Shown one piece after another: positions 9,269-18,652 of a stretch of 64,000 nucleotides of DNA. The position numbers and the translations under genes are program-made. The number at the start of each line of letters is the position of its first letter. Position 1 is the stretch's first letter. The stretch is from positions 64,001 through 128,000 of the forward strand of contig CAVYVF010000022.1 in assembly GCA_963771885.1 (NCBI GenBank), read 5' to 3'. The notes below the pieces were generated by a model that saw nothing but the letters and a program-made list of their open reading frames with translations, did not search any database and had not been told where the DNA came from. This DNA comes from Candidatus Bathyarchaeota archaeon. GTDB taxonomy: Archaea > Thermoproteota > Bathyarchaeia > TCS64.

Positions 9269-9520
9269 CTACTCGCCATATAACGGTTCAGAGCTATGGT
9301 CTTGTGCTTCGGCGTGGTTTCTGTTGCCGTCGAGGTAGCTGGCGATTGTTGGTAGTATTGCCCTGAGGTCGCCGCCGTCTACGGAGGTGTGGGCTGCCTC
9401 CCTAACCCTTGGCGGGTCGAAGACTATGCCGAGCCTAGCCGCGTATAGCATTGGAACACCATTCGCCCCGTCCCCGACGGCTATCGCCTGTTCCAGAGAT
9501 GTGTCGGGCTCGCGCGCGCC
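9269..9520 (-). pseudogene. Phosphoserine phosphatase-like (SerB/HAD) C-terminal remnant
   Basis: Manual translation ...SLEQAIAVGDGANGVPMLYAARLGIVF...VREAA.....DLRAIL; motif IV GDGAND is altered to GDGANG and no N-terminal DxD motif is found upstream. Confidence 0.6.
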
Positions 9521-9663
9521 GAAAACTCGTTGTTCTTAAGGTTACCCGATTGCAGACCTGGGAGAATCGACGAACTGCCTCCATAAAGTGGCTTTTGTAG
9601 TTCGGTGTACATCGTTTTAGGGAGGCGGTTAAGGGGCTTGTTAATGTAATAAGGTTTCGCGGG

Positions 9664-10935
9664 TTAGGGCCTCGTCTTTTCGATGAAGGAGGCTGGGATG
9701 CCGCTTGTACCGTCGGGTAGGACTGCGACCCTTGGGCTGCCCTTGTGGTGCTTTTTCAGCTCCTCTATTACCTCGTCCCACTTCTTGCACCAGGTTACGG
9801 CGCCTGGGGCTCCGAGGCGCCACTCAAGCGTCTTGAGTGGATAGGGGCTGTAGACTATGAGGCGAGCGCCCCTGGTGAGGTTGCGGGCCTTTCCGCTCCA
9901 GAGGCTCGCCGCCGCATATTTGCCGTGGTTGTTGAATATCCAATGGTTTACGTCGCCGTCGGGGTCGTTGCAGATGAGGACGACGGAGCCGTCCTTCTTC
10001 ACGGACTCCTGCGCGGGCCAGAGGCTGAGGTAAGGCTCGTTTGCGCGCATGTAGCTGTTGGCTACGACCACGTCCATGTCTGCTGGTGACTCTGTGCTGT
10101 GCCATCGGAACGCGGCCTTGGACGCTGCCCTGTGGGTCTGGATGAAGTCGCCGGCGTAGACCTCGACGGGGTCACGCCTCAGGTTGAGGACGGCGTCTAT
10201 CTTGAAGTCGAGCCCCGCGATGCGTGCTGACTCCTCGGCGTCGAGGCGGAGTACATTCTCGTCGTTCCTGAGGTAGCCGGTGGTCTTGTGTGGGACGAGT
10301 CCGGGGCCGAATCCGCCGACTGGGCCGTGGTTGGTGCGTATCGTCTCGATTCCGGCTACGCCGGGGCTGATTATCTTGCCGCCGGCGCTCATTCCACTCA
10401 TCCTGTGGTAAAGGACGCTGCCGATGCCTATCTTCAGGTCGCAGGCGGCGACCTCGGCGTTGATCCAGACTGGGGTTCCGTAGCTCGTTGTTCCGACCTG
10501 CTTGCACATCTCGTAGGGGTTGTGGTTGTAGACGGGGTATCGCTCCATTATGTCCTCGCCTAGCTTTTTGGCGAAGAGTTGGCGGCCGAATGTGCCGTGG
10601 CTCCCTGGGGCTACGATGAAGCGTATGTTCTCGTCCTTGATGCCCGCCTTCTTTATCTCCTCGAGAACGATGCCGGCGTACTGGTGGGTCTTTGTGGGGC
10701 GCGTGGAGTCGTCGAAGATGATCACTGCCTCGCTCCTGTCCTTTGCGAGTTTCGCCAGAGGCTTCGTGCCGAGGGGGTTCCTGATCGCCTTCCTGATCTG
10801 TGCCTTGGTTAGCCCCTTCTGGTCCTCACAAGCCATCTTACACCTATGGATCTTCCATTCAGAGGGGAAGGTAAGTTTGATGGGTTTGTCCTTGAACCAG
10901 GGCTGCCCGGGTACCTCAACAACCGTATCTGCCAT
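9664..10935 (-). CDS. LarA-family nickel-pincer racemase/epimerase
   Basis: NPLGTKPL, DDSTRPT, GSH, GTTSYGTPVWIN, H..SG.SAGGK...PG, NH. Confidence 0.85.
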   Translation of the reverse strand: MADTVVEVPGQPWFKDKPIKLTFPSEWKIHRCKMACEDQKGLTKAQIRKAIRNPLGTKPLAKLAKDRSEAVIIFDDSTRPTKTHQYAGIVLEEIKKAGIKDENIRFIVAPGSHGTFGRQLFAKKLGEDIMERYPVYNHNPYEMCKQVGTTSYGTPVWINAEVAACDLKIGIGSVLYHRMSGMSAGGKIISPGVAGIETIRTNHGPVGGFGPGLVPHKTTGYLRNDENVLRLDAEESARIAGLDFKIDAVLNLRRDPVEVYAGDFIQTHRAASKAAFRWHSTESPADMDVVVANSYMRANEPYLSLWPAQESVKKDGSVVLICNDPDGDVNHWIFNNHGKYAAASLWSGKARNLTRGARLIVYSPYPLKTLEWRLGAPGAVTWCKKWDEVIEELKKHHKGSPRVAVLPDGTSGIPASFIEKTRP

Positions 10936-10992
10936 ATTGGTTCCTCACAGAAGCTGACGGAGAAGATGCGCCAAAGGGGGATATAATACCCA

Positions 10993-11586
10993 CTAGTCGC
11001 TGTATCGTTTCCTGAGGGCGGGGGAGGTCCTGAGGATGATGAGTGCTCGCTCGACGGCGTCTACCCACTCGCATTGCTCTGCCTGCCTCGCTGCGGGGCT
11101 GAGGACGCCGTGGTCGATGCCCCTGTTGATCTCCCGTGCCATTCTGCTCCTGTAGACGGTGAGGCTCCTATCCCCGAGACGGTCGACCTCGAACCAGTCC
11201 TCGCTGAGGAGGACGACGCGTGGCACGCGGGGGGCACCCATAATGCGCAGCTCGTCGCGTAGCTCCGTTGAGGCGTCGCGGTCTATAATCCGTAGCTCGG
11301 CTAGGCCCCCGATCTCCTTCGTTATGGCTTCTAGGTACGGAAAGACGCGTGAGCAGTCAAGGCACCACGTGGCGCCTACGGCGAGTACCTTGATGCACCT
11401 CCTGTATCCCTGGAGACGCGCTCTCTGGTCATCGCTGAGCATCGGCGCCCTCTCCGCTGACTCCGCCCAGCGCTTCGCCTCTTCCTCCTTTGCAGACTTC
11501 AGGAACTCCCCGAGGGGCTTCGCCGCCTCCCAGCTCATCTTCCAGAGCTCGGAGCGGACATCGTAGTACGCCGGCTTCTCAGCCAT
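10993..11586 (-). CDS. Thioredoxin family protein
   Basis: WCLDC...P, RD, cis-Pro VP motif. Confidence 0.8.
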   Translation of the reverse strand: MAEKPAYYDVRSELWKMSWEAAKPLGEFLKSAKEEEAKRWAESAERAPMLSDDQRARLQGYRRCIKVLAVGATWCLDCSRVFPYLEAITKEIGGLAELRIIDRDASTELRDELRIMGAPRVPRVVLLSEDWFEVDRLGDRSLTVYRSRMAREINRGIDHGVLSPAARQAEQCEWVDAVERALIILRTSPALRKRYSD

Positions 11587-11614
11587 ATTGATCACGTGAA
11601 GTGGTGCACGAGAA

Positions 11615-12352
11615 TTAATAACCTGTGGAGTCAACCGTCCTCAGATAGCTCCGCTTGAGCCAGTCCTCGTATAGGTTGTCGAGGGGGCTCGGTATCATCG
11701 GGTCATGGCGCGCGTATGCCTCGAAGACGGCGCGCTTCCTATGGTAGACGACCTCGGGCAGATTCGCCGGCTGAAGGTCACAGCTATAGCCCCTGAATAG
11801 CCTCTGTCCAGCCTCTGCCCTGCGCGCCGCCTCGATGGCGAAGAAGCCCGTGTAGAGGTGGTCGATGTGGTCGCAGCCGGCAGTCCAGCCCGTCGGGTCA
11901 TGTGTCGAGACGAGTCCACCACCGGCCATGCGTATCAGTTCGGAGAGCGTCGCGATGAGAGCCTCCCTGTCAAATCGGTTTGCGCCGTCGACCGTCGCGA
12001 GTTCCTCGCCGTTCCAGATTCGTTCAAGCGCCTTGACGGGTACTTCCTTGGGGTCGAGCCGCCCGCCATCGGGTAGGTGGATGAACATGAGCCTAGCATT
12101 ACTTGAGACAGAGGATGCTAGCCTTTTCCCGTTGACGACTAGCGCGTCTTCACTCCAACTAGTGGTGCCCATCGCCGAATAGGCGGCGCGTTCACCTTCC
12201 TCGCGTCCACGCCAGTAATCTTCGCCGAGACCTGCGTCCCCTGCCGTCAGGTAGATCGTCCAGACACCACCTGATGCGAGGTCGTCCATTAGACTCGGGC
12301 TCATGAAGATCAGATCGTCGTCCTGGTGCGCAGAGATGTAGATGTTCGCCAC
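11615..12352 (-). CDS. PIG-L/LmbE family deacetylase
   Basis: AHQDDD, YLTAGD, REEG, DHIDH. Confidence 0.88.
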   Translation of the reverse strand: MANIYISAHQDDDLIFMSPSLMDDLASGGVWTIYLTAGDAGLGEDYWRGREEGERAAYSAMGTTSWSEDALVVNGKRLASSVSSNARLMFIHLPDGGRLDPKEVPVKALERIWNGEELATVDGANRFDREALIATLSELIRMAGGGLVSTHDPTGWTAGCDHIDHLYTGFFAIEAARRAEAGQRLFRGYSCDLQPANLPEVVYHRKRAVFEAYARHDPMIPSPLDNLYEDWLKRSYLRTVDSTGY

Positions 12353-12507
12353 GTGTAAAGAGATACCCGCGGGGATGGAAAAACACTACCAAAACAGATT
12401 AAACAAGAATGGAAAATGCACGTTTTCAATCGCCTAATAACCGAAAATTTTACCCTGTTTGGTAAAATTGTGAGAATATACCACGCTATGAGAAAGGGGG
12501 AGGGGGA

Positions 12508-13770
12508 TCAACGAGTTTCCTGCGGGTCCTGTATGGGGCGTCGCCTCCACTCTGGGTACTGCCCAATCACATCGCCTCCCTTCATGACCCAGCCGACACG
12601 CTTGAGTGCCGTGATGTCCTTGAGAGGGTCCTCCGCGACCGTTATCATGTCCGCAAACTTGCCGACGGTGATTGTGCCGAGCTTCTCCTCGACTCCTATC
12701 GCCTCTGCGCCAACTCTTGTCGCCGACTCGATAGCATTCATATTGCTCATCCCATACTTTGTCAGCCACTCCACCTCCTCTGGGAGCATCGCAAACATCT
12801 GGTCGCCGAAGACGTTGTCTGTCCCTGCCCCGACGCGCACTTTCTTAGAGAGGACGAGTTTCATGGTCTTGGGCAGCTGCTCGACGCAGCCCTTGAACCA
12901 CTCTTCTGTCTGCTCGAGGTCGCGCCCAGTGAGGTTCCAGATGCCTGTCTTCGCCTGCTCAGTGCGCGTCTTCGCAGTTCTCTCGGGGATGTGGTTCTTC
13001 ACCCAGAGTGTGGGGACGAGTACGACCTTGTTGTAAGCCATCTTCTCAGCGGTCTCCTTGTCGATGAAGCTGCCGTGCTCGATAGTGTCTGCCCCCGCGT
13101 CCGCCGCCATCTTCGTGCCGACGTAGTTGGCGACGTGTATCGCACATTTCCGCCCGTGTGCATGCGCCTCGTCCACACCCGCCTCAATCTCCTCGTAGGT
13201 GTACTCCCTGTCGTCGGTGCGGTGGCTGCTGAGAATCTTGATGAAGTCAACGCCCGCCTTGATCTCCTCGCGCACAGCCTTGCGGACCTCCCAGGGCCCG
13301 TCGACCTCGTGGATGGTACCGGGTATGCCGGAGCCGTGGCCGCCAGTCATGCAGATGCCGATGCCCGCGCAGAACAGGCGAGGTCCGATTATCTGCCTCC
13401 TCTCCACCGCGTCCCTCATCGCGAGGTCTATGTGTCCCCTGTCGGAGACGCAGCTAAGCGTCGTAATGCCCGTCTGGAGCGCCGTCCGGAGGTTGTTTGA
13501 CGCAACGAGGCTCGCGTAGGCGAGCTCCGAGCCCCTTGTCGGGACAGGGACGAATCCGCTGCTGTAGAGGTGGACGTGCAGGTCGATGAGTCCGGGGAGG
13601 AGCCAGCGCCCCGTGCCGTCGATGATCTCGGCACCCTCAGGGACCTTGACTTCCCCCCGCTTACCAACTGCCTCAATCCTATCGCCTTTGACCACGACCA
13701 CAGAGTCGGCGACGGGTCTCTTCCCCGAGCCGTCGATGAGTGTCGCGCCTACGATTGCCTTCGCTGACAT
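12508..13770 (-). CDS. Amidohydrolase family protein (Xaa-Pro dipeptidase-like)
   Basis: LLPGLIDLHVH, TGGHG, IEHG, GTD, G.I.VGKFAD. Confidence 0.9.
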   Translation of the reverse strand: MSAKAIVGATLIDGSGKRPVADSVVVVKGDRIEAVGKRGEVKVPEGAEIIDGTGRWLLPGLIDLHVHLYSSGFVPVPTRGSELAYASLVASNNLRTALQTGITTLSCVSDRGHIDLAMRDAVERRQIIGPRLFCAGIGICMTGGHGSGIPGTIHEVDGPWEVRKAVREEIKAGVDFIKILSSHRTDDREYTYEEIEAGVDEAHAHGRKCAIHVANYVGTKMAADAGADTIEHGSFIDKETAEKMAYNKVVLVPTLWVKNHIPERTAKTRTEQAKTGIWNLTGRDLEQTEEWFKGCVEQLPKTMKLVLSKKVRVGAGTDNVFGDQMFAMLPEEVEWLTKYGMSNMNAIESATRVGAEAIGVEEKLGTITVGKFADMITVAEDPLKDITALKRVGWVMKGGDVIGQYPEWRRRPIQDPQETR

Positions 13771-13800
13771 GAGAATCGGTGAATACTCGCCCGGAACGGC

Positions 13801-14076
13801 TTAAACGGTTTCGCCCGGTTCATCTATGAAGCGTTTGACGGTCCCGTGGGCGTTGACGTACGCGCCACCCTTGGCCGTGATGACGTATCCCCTGTTCCCC
13901 CCGTACTCGGACTCCTTGACCATGCCCCTGTCGAGGAGGAACTCAAGCGCCTCCTTGCAGCGGTCGACGGGGAGGTTGGCGCCGTAGCTGATCCGGGTCA
14001 CTCCCATTACGCCACGCTCCATGATGACCTCTAGAATGTCGGCGTAGATGTCGTATCTTGTGCGCCGCTCCACCAC
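13801..14076 (-). CDS. Small archaeal winged-helix protein
   Basis: RRTRYDIYADILE....TRISYGANL.....L..L...G.......YVITAKG. Confidence 0.82.
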   Translation of the reverse strand: MVERRTRYDIYADILEVIMERGVMGVTRISYGANLPVDRCKEALEFLLDRGMVKESEYGGNRGYVITAKGGAYVNAHGTVKRFIDEPGETV

Positions 14077-14085
14077 CGAGGCCCC

Positions 14086-15405
14086 CTAGATCGGTCTGTC
14101 GGGGAGCTTTTCAGCCTTCTGAGGCTGAGCCGTAAAGCGGACCCCCCTCTCTGCGTGGAGCTCATCGGTGAAGAGTATGCTCCCCGTGACATCGCTGCCC
14201 TCCTCCGCTTCGAGGATGCCCGCATAGACGTTCCTCGCCCGGGCACCTCTAAGGAGGACGACGCGGTCCCCCCAGACGTCCTCTATATATGCGCCGCGCT
14301 GGATGAGAACATCGTGTCCGACGAGGGGGCCGATGGCTTCTCCTCGGCGGCCGACCTCAATCCTGTCCGCCTTAGCCCCCCTCTTGGTCCTGATCTTGTG
14401 GGTCTCGATGCTCCTCCTAGCGACGATAGACTCGGCGGAGAGCGAGCCCCCCACCTTTACCTCATCCGCCTCAATCGGGCCACCCGCCTCGGCGACCCCG
14501 CCTACGGTAAGGTCCTCTTCCAGCTTGATGCTTCCCGCGGCCTTGAATATACCTCCGACCTTTACACTGCGCCCGACCGCGTCTCCGTTGATAGTCGCCG
14601 CGCCACCGACGCGGAGCTTGCTGAATGTGAGGCTGCCCTCGCTGTCGAACTTGCCCCCGACGGTGATGTCCTCGCCATAGCCGCCCGCCATTGAGGCGAT
14701 GCCGCCTACACTTATTGCGCCGAACCTGAGGGGTCCCTTCGCCCTGAATACGCCGCCGACGTCGACCTTGCGCTCGATGCGCCCGCCGCCGATGGTGACG
14801 GTTCCGCCGACATCGAGCTTACCGATCTCGACCTCCCCCGACTCGAATGAGCCGCCGACGTCGATGTCGTCCGATGTAACCTTGCCGAGCCCGAGGAATC
14901 TGCCGCCAACATCCATCCGCTCTCCCTTGAGTTCGCCGCGTACCTCGGCTGAACCGCCGACGTCAATGTGAGCGAGCTCGGCGTTTCCACCGAGGCTGAG
15001 CGAGCCTCCCACATCAGCTTTCCGAGCCTTAGCTGCGCCGTCGACTGTGAGAGAGCCTCCGACGCTTGCCTCCTGCACATCGAGAGAGCCGTGGACATCG
15101 ACGCGTTTGTGAGCATCGAGCGCATCGGCCTTCAAGTCGCCCCGCACATCCAAGGGTCCACGCGCCTTTACCTCGCCTGACGCGGTGAGGTTGCCCTCAA
15201 AGACGGCATCGCCGCCGCGGGACTCCAAGTCTCGTGTCGTCACGTCGCCTATGAATCGGCAGTCGCCTTGGCACACGGTTGTCCCAGTGACTCGGAGGCC
15301 TCCCTTCGCCTCGACCTCGCCGTCCTCGACGAGGAGGTCGCCGTCGACCGCATCGAGGGCACGTCTGACGCCCCTGACGAACTCGTTGAACCTCATGCCT
15401 CTCAC
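14086..15405 (-). CDS. Polymer-forming cytoskeletal (bactofilin/CcmA-like) beta-helix repeat protein
   Basis: More than 10 (D/T/K)VGG repeats at ~16-17 aa period, Gly/Val rich. Confidence 0.7.
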   Translation of the reverse strand: MRGMRFNEFVRGVRRALDAVDGDLLVEDGEVEAKGGLRVTGTTVCQGDCRFIGDVTTRDLESRGGDAVFEGNLTASGEVKARGPLDVRGDLKADALDAHKRVDVHGSLDVQEASVGGSLTVDGAAKARKADVGGSLSLGGNAELAHIDVGGSAEVRGELKGERMDVGGRFLGLGKVTSDDIDVGGSFESGEVEIGKLDVGGTVTIGGGRIERKVDVGGVFRAKGPLRFGAISVGGIASMAGGYGEDITVGGKFDSEGSLTFSKLRVGGAATINGDAVGRSVKVGGIFKAAGSIKLEEDLTVGGVAEAGGPIEADEVKVGGSLSAESIVARRSIETHKIRTKRGAKADRIEVGRRGEAIGPLVGHDVLIQRGAYIEDVWGDRVVLLRGARARNVYAGILEAEEGSDVTGSILFTDELHAERGVRFTAQPQKAEKLPDRPI

Positions 15406-15731
15406 TTGTATCTGCGGGGCGCGCCATGGCTTTTAAAGCTGAATCACGGCGCCTACACACAAGTTGTGAGTATCCCGCCACCTTCAGTGATCATGCAACT
15501 TGAGTCGAGTTAAAAGCAGAGCATTGACAAACCACGACAAACGATGATACTTGCAAGATATCAGAAAAGAACAGGAAGCCCTTGAGGCGGTGAGGAGATG
15601 ATAGAGATCGAGGAGGAGAGAACCCACCTGAGAGGCCTGGCAGGTGTTAAACCATTACAGGCTTGTGCCTTTTCACCGTTATGGATATGCAAAGTCTCTT
15701 AACCGCCTCATCCACTGTCTCCTAGATACCT

Positions 15732-16541
15732 TTGATCGAGATACGCTTCCACGGCAGGGGTGGGCAGGGTGCAGTGACCGCATCTAGGGTCCTCGCCATC
15801 GCCGCATTCCTCGAGGGGCATCATAGCCAGTCCATCCCAATGTACGGGACGGAGAGGCGCGGTGCTCCGGTGACCGCCTTCGTCAGGATAGGGGAGAAGA
15901 GCAGAATGGTCCGTAGCCTGGTGCACGAACCCGACTACGTCGTCATTCTCGACCCCCTCCTCAGGAACACGGTCAACGTCACAGAGGGGCTCAAGCCCGG
16001 CGCCACGATAATCATCAATAGCTCGTCGCCACCGAACGAGATCGAGTTCACCGAGCAATACAAGGTCGCAACAGTCGACGCGACCAAGGTGGCGCTTGAG
16101 ACGATTGGGCGCCCAATCACCAATACCGCTATCCTCGGCGCATTCGCCAAGGCGACTGGCGAGGTAAAGCTCGAATCACTAGTCGAGGCTGTGAAGAAGG
16201 AAATGTCAGGCCGCATGGCGGACACCAACATAAAGGCGGTCGAGAAGGCGTACGCCTCAACAATCGTGGGAGAAAACAGGGTTGTCAAGGAGCTCAAGAA
16301 GGTCGCCGCTGCGCCTGCAAACAGCCGTGCGGACTGGCGTACCTTCCGTCCAGTCGTCGACCCTGCGAAGTGCACAGGGTGCCAGATATGCTGGACCTAT
16401 TGTCCTGAGCACAGCATAAACATGGTCAACAAGAAGAGCACAATCGACTACGTATACTGCAAGGGCTGCGGTATATGCGCCGAGGAGTGCCCGACCAAAG
16501 CCATCACAATGGCGATGGAGAGCGAGAAGAAGGAGGGTTAA
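15732..16541 (+). CDS. 2-oxoacid:ferredoxin oxidoreductase gamma subunit fused to delta (ferredoxin) subunit
   Basis: [21 protein letters not shown]; then [23 protein letters not shown]...[12 protein letters not shown]. Confidence 0.9.
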
Positions 16542-16544
16542 ACG

Positions 16545-17711
16545 TTGCCGCACACCGAGCTAATGGTTGGTAACAAGGCGGTCGCCTATGGCGCTAAACT
16601 GGCACGGGTACAGGTAATATCCGCGTACCCCATCACGCCCCAGACGACCATCGTACAGTACCTCGCCGAGTTTGTCGCAAACGGCGAGATGAAGGCGAAG
16701 TTCATCGAGGTCGAGTCCGAGCTTAGCGCTATGGTGGCAGTCCAGGGGGCATGCTTCGCCGGTGCACGAGTCTTCACTGCGACATCCGGCCCAGGCCTCC
16801 TCTTCATGCACCACCCGATGATGGAGGGTTCAGACCTCCCAGTCGTCATGGGGGTAGTGCATCGCAGCGTCAAGAGCATGCAGCCCGACCACACCGACCT
16901 CATGGCGCAGAGGGACAACGGCTGGATACAGCTCTACTGCGAGGACAGCCAGGAAGCCCTCGACACGGCGCTGATGACGTACAAGATCGCGGAGGAGCCG
17001 AGCAATCCGACGCCGGCGGTCTTCGGCATCGACGGCTACATACTCAGCTATACTGCGGAGCCCGTTGAGATACCCGACCAGTCAGCCGTCGACGAGTGGC
17101 TCCCGCCACTCCAGGCACCATGGGCGCCCGACATCAATCTCCCCGTCGCCGAGTGGAAGAAGAGGCAGGGACGCCTATATGGTAGCCAGAAGGCGTGGCT
17201 CGAACACGACGCAAAGTTCAGGAGGAGCCTCGACACAATCAAGGCGGTGCACACCGACTTCGCTAAGACCTTCGGAAGGAGCTACGGAAACGGGCTCCTC
17301 GAGGAGCATAACTGTGACGGTGCCGAGGCGGTGATAATCGCCATGGGAACCATCGCATCCACGGCACGCGTGGTCATCGACGACCTGCGCGCCGAGGGGA
17401 AAAAGGTGGGGCTCGTTAAGCTCAAGTGCTACCGCCCGTTCCCCGTCGAGGACATCAGGGCGCTGGCGAAGAAGTACCACGCGATAGGCGTCATCGACAG
17501 GAACCTCAGCCTCGGAGGGGGCGGCAACGTCCTCAACGAGGTCAGGAGCGCAATCTACGACATGGCGGAGAGGCCCAAGGTCCTCGGATTCCACACGGGT
17601 ATGGCTGGAGACGAGGTCACGACGGGCATGGTCAAGAGGATAGCGGAGAAGACGCTCAAGGCGGTCAGGGAGCCGGTTTCCACCGCCGTCGAGTGGGTGG
17701 GAGGCAACTAA
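16545..17711 (+). CDS. 2-oxoacid:ferredoxin oxidoreductase alpha subunit (PorA-like)
   Basis: AYPITPQT, VESE, TATSGPGL, RPFP. Confidence 0.9.
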   Translation: MPHTELMVGNKAVAYGAKLARVQVISAYPITPQTTIVQYLAEFVANGEMKAKFIEVESELSAMVAVQGACFAGARVFTATSGPGLLFMHHPMMEGSDLPVVMGVVHRSVKSMQPDHTDLMAQRDNGWIQLYCEDSQEALDTALMTYKIAEEPSNPTPAVFGIDGYILSYTAEPVEIPDQSAVDEWLPPLQAPWAPDINLPVAEWKKRQGRLYGSQKAWLEHDAKFRRSLDTIKAVHTDFAKTFGRSYGNGLLEEHNCDGAEAVIIAMGTIASTARVVIDDLRAEGKKVGLVKLKCYRPFPVEDIRALAKKYHAIGVIDRNLSLGGGGNVLNEVRSAIYDMAERPKVLGFHTGMAGDEVTTGMVKRIAEKTLKAVREPVSTAVEWVGGN

Positions 17712-17712
17712 C

Positions 17713-18613
17713 ATGAGCAAGATGACACCATTCCAGCGCGTAGAGGGCGAGGAGATAATGGCCCTCGGCAACAGCAGCTGCCAGGGCTGTGGACACGCTA
17801 CGCTGGCCCGCATCACATTCAAGGTGCTGGGCAGAAACACAGTCTACACGTCGCGTCCCCGGGTGCATCTGGATCGCGCTTCAGGGGAGCATACCCCTCT
17901 ACTGGAAGGGCACCGTCTTCGAGGGCGGAGGCGCACTCATCTCGGGCATCACGAACGGCTTGGAGGCTGTCGGAAAGGACATGACCGTCGTCGGCTTCTA
18001 CGGCGACGGAGGAACCGCAGACATCGGGCTTCAGGCAATGAGCGCAGCGGCTGAGCGCAACGAGAACGTGCTCTGGATATGCGCGGACAACGAGGCGTAT
18101 ATGAACACGGGTGGGCAGCGCAGCGGGCTCACCCCCATCTACGCGTCTACAACTACGACGCCAGCTGCCAAGGAGAGCAGGGGGAAGAAGTCGAACAAGA
18201 AGAACGTCCCCTTCATCATGGCGGCTCACAACATTCCATACGTTGCCACGGCGAGCGTCGCCTACCCCAACGACCTCATCGGCAAACTCCAGTACGCAAA
18301 GACCGTCAAGGGCTTCAAGTACATACACGTCCAGAGCCCCTGCCCCACGGGCTGGGGATTCGACCCCGCGCGCACCATCAAGGTGGCGCGCCTAATGGTC
18401 GAGTCGGGCATGTGGCCCCTCTACGAGGTCACAGAGGGCGGTAACTTCAAGCTCAACTACAAGCCGAAGGAGCTGAAGCCAGTCAGGGAGGCGCTCAGCC
18501 TGCAGGGCAGGTTCAGGCACCTCGACGACTCGGAGTACGAGTACGTGCAGGGGCAGGCGGTCGAGCGCTGGAGGCAGCTTCTTGACGTCGACGGCAAGCG
18601 GCTACCACTGTAG
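17713..18613 (+). CDS. 2-oxoacid:ferredoxin oxidoreductase beta subunit (PorB-like); frameshift near 17850
   Basis: CQGCG in ORF 17713-18054; GDGGTADIG, DNEAYMNTGGQRS, SPCPTGW in ORF 17789-18613. Confidence 0.87.
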
Positions 18614-18652
18614 CCCTCCCACTTTTTAGGTCTAATTCATCTATACTCCCTC

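Noticed and set aside
15540..15705. Possible ferritin-like remnant or 34-aa ORF (MIEIEEERTHL...) upstream of the por operon
   Set aside because: Similarity is only suggestive and needs several frameshifts; it cannot be supported without a search.
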